Assembly: GCA_964019335.1 (NCBI GenBank)
Contig: OZ025725.1
Location: 186,001-250,000, forward strand
Source of the DNA: Diplonema japonicum
Lineage: Eukaryota > Protista > Euglenozoa: Diplonemea
Direction of reading: 5' to 3'
Length of the DNA: 64,000 nucleotides
The notes beneath the pieces are model-generated. The model ran no database searches. It was not told the DNA's origin and saw only the letters and a list, made by a program, of their open reading frames with translations. Shown here in pieces: positions 45,321-56,023 of this stretch. Within the stretch, counting starts at the first letter, position 1, and every line of letters starts with the position of its first letter. Both the position numbers and the translations under genes were made by a program.

Positions 45321-46586
45321 ATGTCGGAGCCCACCCTGCGCATCATCACTGCCTCCGAGATCCCCTCCGACTGTGCGGAGCCGGTTGATCCGAAGGCACT
45401 ACAGCAGGCACAAGCCATAGTAGACGACATCAAAAAAGGAGGCGACGCCAAAGCCCGGGAATGGGGCGTGAAGCTCGGGGACATCAAGGAAGGCGACTCC
45501 CTGACAGCGAGCAGGGAGGAGATGAAAGCCGCCTACGACGCAGTGGACTCGTCAACGAAGGAGGTCCTCGAAAGAATGGCGGGGAGGATAAAAAAATTCG
45601 CAGACGCACAAAGAAACAGCATCCAAGACATGACAATGGACATCCCGGGCGGTAAGGCAGGACACAAGGTCGCACCCGTTGAGTCAGCTGGATGCTACGC
45701 ACCTGGAGGAAGGTACCCACTCCCGTCATCCGCCATGATGACCAGCATCACAGCAAGAGCAGCGGGTGTAAAGAACGTCACGGTGGCATCACCCCGCCCG
45801 TCGGACATAACCCTTGCATCGGCGTACATTGCTGGAGCGGATAGTTTTATCAAAGTCGGCGGGGCAATCGCAATCACAATGTTTGCCGAGGGCATGCACT
45901 GCCCACCGTGCGACGTCATTGTCGGCCCGGGGAACAAATGGGTCACCGCTGCAAAATCTATTGTTCAAGGAAAATGTGCAATTGACATGCTAGCAGGTCC
46001 TTCGGAGGTTCTGGTTATCTGCGACGACACATGCGACGCGAAGGTTGTCGCTGCTGATCTTCTCGCGCAAGCTGAACACGATGTCGAGTCCCGCCCCATC
46101 CTCATCACCACGAGCAAGGACGTGGTTACAAAGGTGAACGAAGAACTGGTCAAGCAACTGAATGTCCTTCCCACTAAAGACACAGCCAGAGAAGCCGTGA
46201 AAAAAGGCTTTGCAGTAATCGTTGATTCCATGCAGGAAGCTGTTAAGATAAGCGATGCCATCGGACCTGAACACCTTGAGATACAGACGGAGAACTCGCA
46301 AGAAGTAGCGGACATGTGTGATTGCTACGGCGGGTTGTTCATCGGGAAATCCGCCGCAGAAGTTTTAGGCGACTACGGTGCGGGCCCGAACCACGTTCTC
46401 CCCACCGGCGGGACCGCTCGCTACACGGGGGGGCTCTCTGTTTTTAATTTCCTCCGTATTCGTACGTGGATGAACATCACAGACCCCTCTGCCTCGCAGC
46501 AGCTTGTCACCGACTCAGTTTGTGTGGCTCGACTTGAAGGTTTGGAGGGACACGCCAGGGCCGCAGAGGCACGCCTTCTAGAGTAG
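45321..46586 (+). CDS. hisD: histidinol dehydrogenase (monofunctional)
   Basis: CYAPGG, VGPGNKWV, IDMLAGPSE, DLLAQAEHD, PEHLE, GDYGAGPNHVLPTGGTAR, EGLEGHARA. Confidence 0.95.
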   Translation: MSEPTLRIITASEIPSDCAEPVDPKALQQAQAIVDDIKKGGDAKAREWGVKLGDIKEGDSLTASREEMKAAYDAVDSSTKEVLERMAGRIKKFADAQRNSIQDMTMDIPGGKAGHKVAPVESAGCYAPGGRYPLPSSAMMTSITARAAGVKNVTVASPRPSDITLASAYIAGADSFIKVGGAIAITMFAEGMHCPPCDVIVGPGNKWVTAAKSIVQGKCAIDMLAGPSEVLVICDDTCDAKVVAADLLAQAEHDVESRPILITTSKDVVTKVNEELVKQLNVLPTKDTAREAVKKGFAVIVDSMQEAVKISDAIGPEHLEIQTENSQEVADMCDCYGGLFIGKSAAEVLGDYGAGPNHVLPTGGTARYTGGLSVFNFLRIRTWMNITDPSASQQLVTDSVCVARLEGLEGHARAAEARLLE

Positions 46587-47352
46587 TGAATGGTTATTAT
46601 TATTATTATCTTTTTTTTTTGATGTGTGTGAGATTTTCTCTTTTTATCGCTGGGGTCCCTGCTCGCCTTGGAAAAAAAAAAAAAAAAGAAAAAAAAAAAA
46701 AAAAAAAAAAAAAAGAGGCTTGAGATGTCTATTAAGATACGTTGCTCTCAGCATGAGAGAAAGAGAAACCCACACGAGAAAAAGACAAAAAGAAGAAAAT
46801 GTGTGACAAAGGGGTGTAGTGGGTAAAAAAAAAAAAAAAAAAAAAATGTGCGCGTCTCTTACTGCGCTTTTTTTTTTTTTGGTCCCGCCCTCCTTTTTTC
46901 TTTTTCCTTTTTTCTTTCCTCTTGTTTTCCCTCAGGCGGAATACCAATCGATGAATGGGAACAATAATATGGCATTTATTTTTTCTTAGACAAAAAAAAG
47001 AGGGAAACAAAAAAGGGAATAAAGAAGTCGAGGGAGAAAGAAAAGAAGAAAAAAAAGTGTGCCCTCGCCATTCTCTGTTCTTTTCCGCCTTCCTTCATTC
47101 TTGTCGAAGCGTGATTTTTTTTCCCATGTGTATTTTTTTTTTTCTTCTTTTCTTTCTATTCCCTCTCTCTCCTTCTTCTTTTTTTTTTTTTTTTTTTTTT
47201 CTTCTCCAGTCAACTCTTGACGGAAAAAAAAAACCCATTTCCCCTTTCTTCCCTCATTTTTTTTTTTGTCCCTCCAAATTTTTTCCGGGGAAAAAAAAAA
47301 AAAAAAAAAAAAAAGACCCTCTCCCCTGAATCCAATTTTTTAAAATGCGAAA

Positions 47353-48549
47353 ATGAAGAGAAGTGGGTCGGCAGCATGCGGCATGAAACCAGAAGGGCTC
47401 GTGAAGGTGACGGTGGTGGTGGCGGGTGTGAAAGGCGTTCCTGTGAAATGGAACAAAAAGCCGTCTGGCGTCGCCATAGAAGTAGAAGGCGTGGCCGGAC
47501 TGACGAAAAGACCAGCGGTCCTCACCGGCTCCCACACCATGACCTGTACCTTCAACCAAAGTTTCGATACCCAAGGCAGGTTTGAAAAGGGCTTCACGAG
47601 CATACGCCTTCGCCTACTCGGTTCGGACAGAATATTTGGAAAAACAATCATAAAAATTCCAGAAGATCCGGACCAAGGAAAACCGGAATGGCATCAATTC
47701 CCGTTTGGTGGTGAGGTTCAAGTTTCTTACCAACACAATAAGCAAACCCGTCCACACACAGCGGAACCAGAAACGACACCTACCACAACAACATCAACAA
47801 CATCAACATCGGTAGCTCCCACTACGGTGTCTACAGGAACAGGTACCCTGCAGCTGAGGATTATTTCGATCGAATCAACGCAGGAAGCCAGGACAGAGTG
47901 CAATACCGTGGTGCTCGTCTGCACCTTCAGCAGAACAGAGAAGAGCACCCCCTCGTACCCGCTCTCGGCACGTATTGACGCAGATTTTAATATCGACTAC
48001 GACATGGTCCCAGGAGATGAAAATAGAGTTCTCCACCTTGCGCTGTGGGGTTACCAAGAACCAAGGAGCGGTGCTTATGGTGGAACCTTGCTCGGCGACA
48101 GTATGTTTGACGCTACTCAGGGCTCCCCTCAAACAGCGTCGTTTTCCGGGTTTAAAATTTTGTTTTGCAGCAAGGTTTTTATTCAACGCCCGTTGCAAGA
48201 AGGATCGACTGGGCGGCCTAAGTCAGCGTATCCGAAAAAATTCAAAACTGGTGTCATAAGAATGCGGGATGATACATCGCAAGTTGTCAGCAAAGAGGCC
48301 TCGTTGAGTGCAGACGAGGTGAAAATGGATTTTTCCAGCGAGCCCACGGCGGTTCACGTGCTTCTCCAGGACCTCAGCGTGCAGCTGTCGAACGTGCAAA
48401 CTTCGTTGTCGCAGCAGATTTCCACGCTGCACACACGCGTGGCATCCATCGAGGCCAAGGTGACCACATTGATGTCGGATAGGTCTCCGGAGCCGTCGTC
48501 GTGTAGTTCCCCTCCCCCTTTACGGTGTGTTCTTCCACCTGACACCTGA
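47353..48549 (+). CDS. protein with two divergent C2-like domains and a C-terminal coiled coil; start may be 47383
   Basis: VKVTVVVA...FNQSF...IFGKTII...WHQF and GTLQLRIISI...LHLALW...LLGDSMF patterns. Confidence 0.6.
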   Translation: MKRSGSAACGMKPEGLVKVTVVVAGVKGVPVKWNKKPSGVAIEVEGVAGLTKRPAVLTGSHTMTCTFNQSFDTQGRFEKGFTSIRLRLLGSDRIFGKTIIKIPEDPDQGKPEWHQFPFGGEVQVSYQHNKQTRPHTAEPETTPTTTTSTTSTSVAPTTVSTGTGTLQLRIISIESTQEARTECNTVVLVCTFSRTEKSTPSYPLSARIDADFNIDYDMVPGDENRVLHLALWGYQEPRSGAYGGTLLGDSMFDATQGSPQTASFSGFKILFCSKVFIQRPLQEGSTGRPKSAYPKKFKTGVIRMRDDTSQVVSKEASLSADEVKMDFSSEPTAVHVLLQDLSVQLSNVQTSLSQQISTLHTRVASIEAKVTTLMSDRSPEPSSCSSPPPLRCVLPPDT

Positions 48550-48611
48550 CGATGAACTTAAATTTTTTTTCTTTTTTTCTCTTTTTTTTTTTCCCGCTTA
48601 ACACCCCTCTC

Positions 48612-48652
<41 letters not shown>

Positions 48653-48904
48653 TCTCGTCTTCCGACGAGAGGGGAAAAAAAAAAACTTTTTTTTTCTATT
48701 TTTTTTTTTTTTTTTGTTATTTGCGACACACCGGCTTCTTCTCAGCATGAACAATGGGAGAAGCCTCCCCACCCCCCTTCCCCACCCGGTCGCTCTAAAT
48801 GCGATATATATAATTCTTTTTTTTATTAAAAATTCTTTTTTTTTTTTAAAAAAAAAGGAGGGGAGAGCAAACAAAAAAAAAAAAAAAAAAGGGACAACGA
48901 TGCA

Positions 48905-51900
48905 ATGAAAGAAACACCTCGAGTCGCAGCGGCAGCATGCGTACTACTCGCGATGACAACCGTCTGCACGGCACAGTGCAGCGACACGGTGCTCACCTGC
49001 AGCTACTACCCGGACAAGGACCTACCAACACCGCGGGCAAACGCTTCCGTATCTGAAGCCGACGGGCTCATGTGCATAGTAGGCGGTGTGAACACCACAA
49101 ATTGCTTTGGAGACTTCGCCTGCTTCGCTGATCAAGTACAGTGCTTAGACCCAAGGCTAACTACTCGTTGGATTACAGGATACGACCCTGTACCCAAAGG
49201 GTACTTCATTACAGGTCAACAATACACAGCAAGCATCGAGACAAACCAAATCGCCGTCGTCATGGCGGGAACATACCTCCCAGAGGGTGTACCCGTACAA
49301 GAAGAGAAATTATCGCTCATGAAACAGATCCTTGTGTTCGACCCGACAGCGGTACCGGGGAAACAATGGGTGATATACCCCGATGTGCTCCCCTACCCCA
49401 AAGCCAGAGCGGACGTCGTCAGCTACGGTAAACACATTTACATAATCGGCGGTGTGGACATTGATTCCACCGGCGCGCAAAGCCGCAACGGAAGTATGTA
49501 CCGGTGGGACTTCAACAACCCGTACGCGATAGAGGAGATGGCACCTCTGCAAAGCACAAACACTGACTACGCAGTGGCGACCAACTCAGAAGCAATCTAC
49601 ATCCTTGGTGGCGTTAACAATGGAAAATGGTCCACGAGTATGCGCAGGTACGACCCTGCCACGGACAAATGGTCGGAAACACCTTACGGCTGCCCGAAAA
49701 TTCCTTACATTCGCACAGCGATGTTCGGGGACGCGTTATACGCGTTCGGCGACCAATGGGACGAACAAACTGGCGACATGCAGCTCCATGTGTGGTCGGA
49801 GACATCGTTTCACTGGTCGACGGTGTACATCTCGCAGATCCCCGGGGACAGGAGAGGGTTCTCTGTGTATGGGATGAGCCCGTTTGACGGAACGAACGCC
49901 CCGCAGATCTTCGTGTTTGGCGGGTACGAAACAAGCTCCTTCAACACCACCGCGTCTGTCGGCCATCTCACGACAGGAATAGACCTCCCAAAGGTCGCCA
50001 TCAACCCTGACGAAATTAAACTCGGAGATAATGTAATAATCTCTTTCAGCGGAATGGCCCCAATGGATATTTATCAGATCCGACTTTCACCGCATGCTGA
50101 CTGTTCGGACACTGCGTGGATCCCAGACCATCCGTACCCTGACGCACCTACGTATACCCTGACGTTTAAAGCAGAGAAACCGCTCCCGCAAGGCTACGTG
50201 TGTTTCTCAAAAGGAGGGTGTCCTGAGTCGTCAAGCGGAACGACGCCCTGCCAGTACGGTTTCAAAAACGCGTTGTGTACAGTCGGGTGTTGTTCAGGAC
50301 TGCCGCCCTTTCTTGGTTCCTGTTGGGATATGGTCAAGGCGGGGCCTTACATGTCGCTCATGACGGACCCCTTCACCATTAACGACTATAATTTCACCCC
50401 AACCGTTACCCTTGTCACTCCAGAGGATGGTTTCAAAACCCAGACATGGAAGCCGCCTGCGTACTTGTTCATCATATCCGGGGCGGTAATGCTGTGTCTT
50501 GTTCTGCTGGTTGTTGGATTGTTCTTTTACAAAGGAATGTGCCGTCGAAACTCAACACCAGACAACAAGTACGAATTGATGCAACAATTAGGAAGTGGTG
50601 CGTACGGTGTGGTGTACCTTGTGAAGCGTCGGGTAGACGGGAAACAGCTTGCCATGAAGTACATCGCGTGCAGGAGCTCCACGGAACAAGAAGATGCAAT
50701 CAAAGAATTCACAACAATTAAAAAATTCCAAGGCCACCCCAACATGATCAAAGTGATCGAAACCACGATGAACTGGGTCGACGACACCGACAAACCGGAC
50801 GACGCAACACCCTTAGTGGGGCTCAACGGGAGCAAAAAGCAACAACAACTGTCCCACGGGGTACCCGTCGTGGCGCAGAGGTACGTGTGTCTAGTAATGC
50901 CGTACTACAGCGAGGGCGATCTGAAAAATTTCATCATCAACAAAAGATACCTTCCAATGGAACTTATTTTCGATTTCACAGGACAGCTTGCGTCTGTTCT
51001 GAATTACATGCACACCTCCACCCCATCCTTAATCCACAGAGATCTGAAGCCAGAGAACGTTCTCATTGACGATAACGGAACAAAACTCATTGTAACAGAC
51101 TTCGGCTTGGCACGCAATGTTGGAATAACGTCGTACTGCCAAACCCAAGCAGGCACACTCACTTACATCGCACCAGAATGCTGGGAACGGAGATATGGAA
51201 CCGAGGTGGACATCTGGGCACTCGGGTGCATCGTGTACGGGATGGCTACAGACAGGGTCGAGATCCACAACACCCGCGTAATGTTCACCGACGCCATGAG
51301 GCTGGGACAGAACAAATTCGATGAATTGATGCGATCCGATATCGAATCAAGAGGATACCCTCCCAAACTAGGTGATCTTGTCGTCTCTCTGCTCAAAATC
51401 GACTACAGGAACAGGCCCACTGCCGTTCAGGTAATGGACATGGTGGGACACACCCCGCCGCCTGTCAGTGATTCTACTGACGATCAAGGTGAAACATTCG
51501 CGTCTACCACTTCTTCTTTACACCCTTTGCAGCCGTGTTACGGTGCAAACAGTGATAGTTCGTCCCCTGTTGTGGAAACAGCTTCTGCGGAGGACCATGA
51601 GTGTAGCAAAGTTTGTACTGGTTGTGGGTGTGTTCTTCCAGAGTCTCTTCCAAGAGATTTTTGTTGTAAAAAATGCACAACAAGTGACGGGAAATCGCAT
51701 GGGCACATGTGTTGTGTCCACAGAGTCGAACCCCGTCAACGGAAGCGGCAGCCACATAACATTAATATAGAGTCTGGGAGAAAGTGTGCTGGGTGTGATT
51801 ATGAAGTCACGGGGGTGTTTCCCAACTTTTGTTGTGTTAAGTGTTCGAAAACATCTGGGTCTCATGGCCTGCGGTGTAATAGAAAACCTTACTTGGAGCC

Positions 51901-51982
51901 GGTCACTATGCGTGACAGGATGGATGCCTCTGCAAGTGGGAGAGAGGAAGAGGAAGAAAATGAAGAAGAAACACAACCGTGA
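48905..51982 (+). CDS. receptor-like Ser/Thr kinase: signal peptide, Kelch repeats, TM helix, NEK-like kinase, two Cys/His modules
   Basis: Kelch GG motifs (IYIIGG, IYILGG, IFVFGG); TM LFIISGAVMLCLVLLVVGLFFY; LGSGAYG, AMK, HRDLKPEN, DFG, APE. Confidence 0.9.
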   Translation: MKETPRVAAAACVLLAMTTVCTAQCSDTVLTCSYYPDKDLPTPRANASVSEADGLMCIVGGVNTTNCFGDFACFADQVQCLDPRLTTRWITGYDPVPKGYFITGQQYTASIETNQIAVVMAGTYLPEGVPVQEEKLSLMKQILVFDPTAVPGKQWVIYPDVLPYPKARADVVSYGKHIYIIGGVDIDSTGAQSRNGSMYRWDFNNPYAIEEMAPLQSTNTDYAVATNSEAIYILGGVNNGKWSTSMRRYDPATDKWSETPYGCPKIPYIRTAMFGDALYAFGDQWDEQTGDMQLHVWSETSFHWSTVYISQIPGDRRGFSVYGMSPFDGTNAPQIFVFGGYETSSFNTTASVGHLTTGIDLPKVAINPDEIKLGDNVIISFSGMAPMDIYQIRLSPHADCSDTAWIPDHPYPDAPTYTLTFKAEKPLPQGYVCFSKGGCPESSSGTTPCQYGFKNALCTVGCCSGLPPFLGSCWDMVKAGPYMSLMTDPFTINDYNFTPTVTLVTPEDGFKTQTWKPPAYLFIISGAVMLCLVLLVVGLFFYKGMCRRNSTPDNKYELMQQLGSGAYGVVYLVKRRVDGKQLAMKYIACRSSTEQEDAIKEFTTIKKFQGHPNMIKVIETTMNWVDDTDKPDDATPLVGLNGSKKQQQLSHGVPVVAQRYVCLVMPYYSEGDLKNFIINKRYLPMELIFDFTGQLASVLNYMHTSTPSLIHRDLKPENVLIDDNGTKLIVTDFGLARNVGITSYCQTQAGTLTYIAPECWERRYGTEVDIWALGCIVYGMATDRVEIHNTRVMFTDAMRLGQNKFDELMRSDIESRGYPPKLGDLVVSLLKIDYRNRPTAVQVMDMVGHTPPPVSDSTDDQGETFASTTSSLHPLQPCYGANSDSSSPVVETASAEDHECSKVCTGCGCVLPESLPRDFCCKKCTTSDGKSHGHMCCVHRVEPRQRKRQPHNINIESGRKCAGCDYEVTGVFPNFCCVKCSKTSGSHGLRCNRKPYLEPVTMRDRMDASASGREEEEENEEETQP

Positions 51983-52130
51983 GGGGGGGGCTATGGCTTA
52001 TAACCGGGATACATACACCTTTAAAAGAAGAAGAAAAAAAAAAAAACTCAATCCTTTCTTCCCCCTCCCATTCTTTTTTTTTTCTTCCCTATTTATCTCC
52101 TCGCCATTCCGGTGCCATTTATTTTTTTTT

Positions 52131-52245
52131 GCAAGAACGAGTCTTTGACTTGTCTAAACAAAAGGGGAACGTTGGCAACGTGTTTCGGGTTGACAAACTT
52201 CTCCAGGTTTTACCCGGCACGTACAAACAAACTACTTCACGTGGT

Positions 52246-52247
<2 letters not shown>
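52131..52247 (+). repeat. short interspersed repeat, family B, between T-runs
   Basis: Matches 40984-41072 and 62003-62058; T-runs at 52122-52130 and from 52248. Confidence 0.75.
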
Positions 52248-52281
<34 letters not shown>

Positions 52282-53081
52282 TATTATTGTCCAGACTAAA
52301 AACTAGTTGATGGCAGCGTAATGAGCTATTTTATTAGGTAAAATTCCGCTCGTGCGCACAAACAAATTGAGCGCCTAGTTTTTCTTCAATATGTTTTATT
52401 TTTTTGTTACAAATATTTATCTTTCAAAAAATGATTTTATAACTATATGCAACTTGTGCCGAGCAAAAAACTTTCGCAGCTTTTTAAAAATCTTTTTTGC
52501 TCGTGCGAACAACAAAGACATATAGTCATAAAGAATTATTTTTTTTTTTGTTGATATTAATTGAAGCATCGGCAAATGGCGAAAACCCTGGACTACCGTT
52601 TTTTTTTCTTCTTTTTTTTTTCCCCCCTATTCTGTTTCTCTACTGTTTCTTCTGGTTTGAAATCTAGCAAAAAAAAAAAAAAAAAAATACCTCACCCCCC
52701 CTCCCCCCTTCAGAATGGAAGGGAGCCGTCCAAAGAGCAGCGTGTGCTGGCCCTGTGACCACTCAAACTGTACAAAGCAACAAAATGCTCTCTTTCTTTG
52801 TACATTCGTGATGATATGGCCGTGGACAGGTGTAACTAAATGTAGTTGAGTCACCAGAAAATACTATTGGTTTCGATTGTTATCACTAAACCCCCCCCCC
52901 CCCCCATATCAACTTCGCCGTGTGATGTTTGAAAGAAGAAGAAAAAAAGAAGAAAAATAATCCTTGTCTGGAAACTTCTTTCCCCCACAATTTTTTTTTT
53001 TTTTTTTTAAAGAGGGAAAAGGGACGGGTGGTTACAACCCCTATAATTCAATGCCATGATGCACAAAACGTGAGATTATAT

Positions 53082-54365
53082 TTAACCCATAAAGGACCGC
53101 TATTTTTCGTCTAAAAAGTCGATTTTGAACTTTTCGTTCAAATACCAAAATAAAATGGCGAGGGTGGAGTTAGAGGGTGTGTACCTATATTATTTTCACT
53201 ACCCCATTTCTGGAGCGCGAAGCGGCCTGCATTTCAGCCCCAGACGCGCCCAAACTTTGGTGGTAGAGCAGCATTTGAGAGAAACAACTCTTGCAAAGGG
53301 CACATGCTATCCGGAGGTTCCATGGTTTCTGCAAGCAGCGCTTATTCAGCGTGCAGGGTGGGCTGGTTATTTTTTTTTCACCACTTATGGCTGTTCTTTG
53401 AACACAAGGTCCGAGGTGCCGCAGATATGCGACTTGTCCAATTTAAACGTATTTCTATTTTCAAGTGGTTTTCAAGAGGTTTTCAGGTGGTTTTAAGGTG
53501 TCGTTAATGTGAAAAAATTCGAAACAGGGCACAGGGCACAGGGCACATTGCTACGTTGCGATCTCTGCACGAGAAGGCAGCAAGCCATTCGAGTGGTATA
53601 GAGGCCTTTGGATCTTACAGGGCTCATAATCAAGACAGATATAGGACGGACTCACAGATACCCCATATTCACAATATTTCAGAACGGTAATGGAAAGAAA
53701 CAGGCTCCTAAGAATAATGCGCCAAATGCGGTTTGGGTTGCCCCCTGGTGGAGGAGAAGGAGACAGAATGGCTAACGGGCGCAATCTTATAATCTTGTGG
53801 TTCCTTCTTGGTCATCCCTGTATGTACCCAAGCGAAACCTTGCTGTGGATGAACCATCATACGCTGTAGAAGCCGTGTCGGGTTCATTGTTTGTGAGCCG
53901 AAGAAGAGGAAGCGTTATGGGTTCAAAATGCAAATCAGACACCGGTTACACTCTAAACATGATTGTTTGTACCGGCGCGGGCACCCAGGGGAAAGAGGCA
54001 GAGCTGCTCATCGAATATCAGCACCAGAATTACTGGATTGTCTTTGACAACTGCTTTCGCTTGTCCCATTGATACGGATTTACAATGCGGATTTCCACTG
54101 CATGGGGACCATCAGGAAAACCCGGAAATTGCTCCCAGAATACCCATTCAGTGTCAGCAAGTGTGTGGCAAAGAAATCTTGTCAAACAACATCATCGCAA
54201 AAGGGTGGCACCCACATCAAGTGTTCCCCGCCGGAGCCTAAGCTACCTACCCCTCAGGGTGCACCTTCACGTGCCAAGGGTGCACCTTTAATGTGTCCTG
54301 AAAAGATGCAAAAGGCACGGAATTGCACTGTGTGCAACAAATTAGAGAAAAAACGCACCCGATAG
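53082..54365 (+). mobile_element. decayed piggyBac DNA transposon
   Basis: Possible TTAA-CCC left end at 53082. Frameshifted remnants FRTVMERNRLLRIMRQMRF, NLAVDEP, SDTGYTLNMIVCTG, IVFDNCF, CMGTIRKTRK and C-terminal CTVC follow piggyBac transposase motif order. Confidence 0.8.
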
Positions 54366-54392
54366 CCTTTTAGAGCCGCAGGAGTGAAAAAC

Positions 54393-54564
54393 AACTCAAA
54401 GTACAGGACAAACCCCCTTCTTCTCTGCGCTGCATTGGAGGACTGACCACATACCGGTATAAAGGCACCCGTCACAGACCCTGACTGCAGGCTGCCCCGC
54501 AGTCTGACCACTGCAGTAGGAACCCGCCAGAGCCCCAGAACAGGGACAAAAGCGCATATTTTAA
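54393..54564. mobile_element. composite of two remnants: inverted end of the 42619-42847 type plus an internally deleted copy of the 31228-31672 type
   Basis: 54393-54417 reverse-complements to ggggtttgtcctgtactttgagtt; 54425-54564 matches 31435-31662 (gcagtaggaacccgccagagcccc). Confidence 0.75.
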
Positions 54565-55304
54565 CCCAAAATAATAATAAAAGAAGTAATGAGCTCAGGA
54601 AGCTCTGTTGCCAACCGAAGCGTGCGAAAGAGAGGGGGGGGGAAAAAAAGAAACCTCCATCGAATCCAAAACAAAAGCATGAAGGAAGAGGGGGGGGGGG
54701 GGGAAGAAGCAAAGTTGGTCATGATGTGTGTTTTCAATTCTTTCCCTTCCCTCCTCCCCTCCTCTCTTCACCGTCATTCGAGAAAGAAAAATCCTTAAAA
54801 AGAAAAGGGAATACACAAAAGAAATTCTGGGGGACCTAGATTTGCCCCTTGGCTTGCCCACGGGGTGGAAGGAACCCCTTTTGTAAAGGCTTACTTTATT
54901 TTGAAAAAGTGGTGGTTTTCTTTTTGTGTTCCAACTACTTTGGCGCTGGGGTGCATTTTTTCAGTCTTCAGTTCTGGACAAAAAAAAAAAAAAAAAAAAA
55001 TACCGTATATTCGACCATGTGTGCTTGTGTCTAGGGGGTTGAACAATTAAAAAAAAAAAAATGTTAACTTAGGTTTTAACTAAACGATTGTGTTTTTTTT
55101 TTTCTTCTTCCCCCCCACCCTCCTCCTCCTCCTCCCCTTTCTTCGTCCTTTCTTTTCTTCTTCTCAATGCAACTAATTCTTCTTCTTCTTCTTTTTTTTT
55201 TTCTGTTCCTGATTTTCTTCTTTTTTTTTTTTTTCCCTTCTCAATTAAAAAAGAAAATACAAAAAAAAAAAAAAAAAAAGGGGGTCGGGGGAGGAGAGAA
55301 AAGA

Positions 55305-55916
55305 ATGTCGTCCATATCACGTTCCAGTGAATACCTCATAAAATGCAGCGAGGTTTTGGAATACGGTGTTGAAGCACGATGGACAGCAGTAGTGTTGTTT
55401 CAAAGATACAAAGAAAGCGTTGGGTCGGAGGAGGGAACCGCCGACCGGAGCGAGGTAGGAGCGGCCTGCTTGTGGTTAAGCGGTAAAGTCTGCGACCAGT
55501 TCAGAAAAGGTAGAGACATTGTGAACGCGTGCAGCTACATAAAAAACAACGGCAAGCAGTTGCGGATAGGTGAGGAGATGTTCTCGTTGAAGGATAACCT
55601 GTGTAGCGCAGAACAGAGCGTCCTTCGGCAACTCTCTTACGACTGCTATGTCGATACCCCTTACAAGCACCTTCTCAACTATTTTTACGTGGTGTTTTCA
55701 AATAATCCTCCGCGGTCCGTGGTGCAGCTCAGCATCTCGCTCTTGAACGAGACCTTGTTGACAAGTTTGCCGATGTCCACCCGCCCCCATATCCTTGCTG
55801 CTGTTTGTATCCACGCGGCATTCCATCTTCTCTCCCTCCCCGATCCCCCATTGCTTCCCGACGACGCCGCAGCGTTGCTCCCCGACATCCTTGCTTTTTA
55901 TGATACTCCGAAATAG
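55305..55916 (+). CDS. cyclin, transcription-type (cyclin Q/M- or L-like)
   Basis: TAVVLFQRY, AACLWLSGKV...RDIVN, AEQSVLRQL...PYKHLLNY. Confidence 0.85.
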   Translation: MSSISRSSEYLIKCSEVLEYGVEARWTAVVLFQRYKESVGSEEGTADRSEVGAACLWLSGKVCDQFRKGRDIVNACSYIKNNGKQLRIGEEMFSLKDNLCSAEQSVLRQLSYDCYVDTPYKHLLNYFYVVFSNNPPRSVVQLSISLLNETLLTSLPMSTRPHILAAVCIHAAFHLLSLPDPPLLPDDAAALLPDILAFYDTPK

Positions 55917-56023
55917 TAAAAGATTTTTTTTTTTTCTTTCTTTTCTTTTCTCATAATTCAATTTACAAAAAAAAAAAAAAAAAAAAAAAAAAGAAAGAAG
56001 GGAGGTGGGGGTAAAAAAAAAAA

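Noticed and set aside
52340-52520. Short direct and inverted repeats (gctcgtgcg; cgagcaaaaaa/ttttttgctcg)
   Set aside because: Too short, with no defined termini or target duplication
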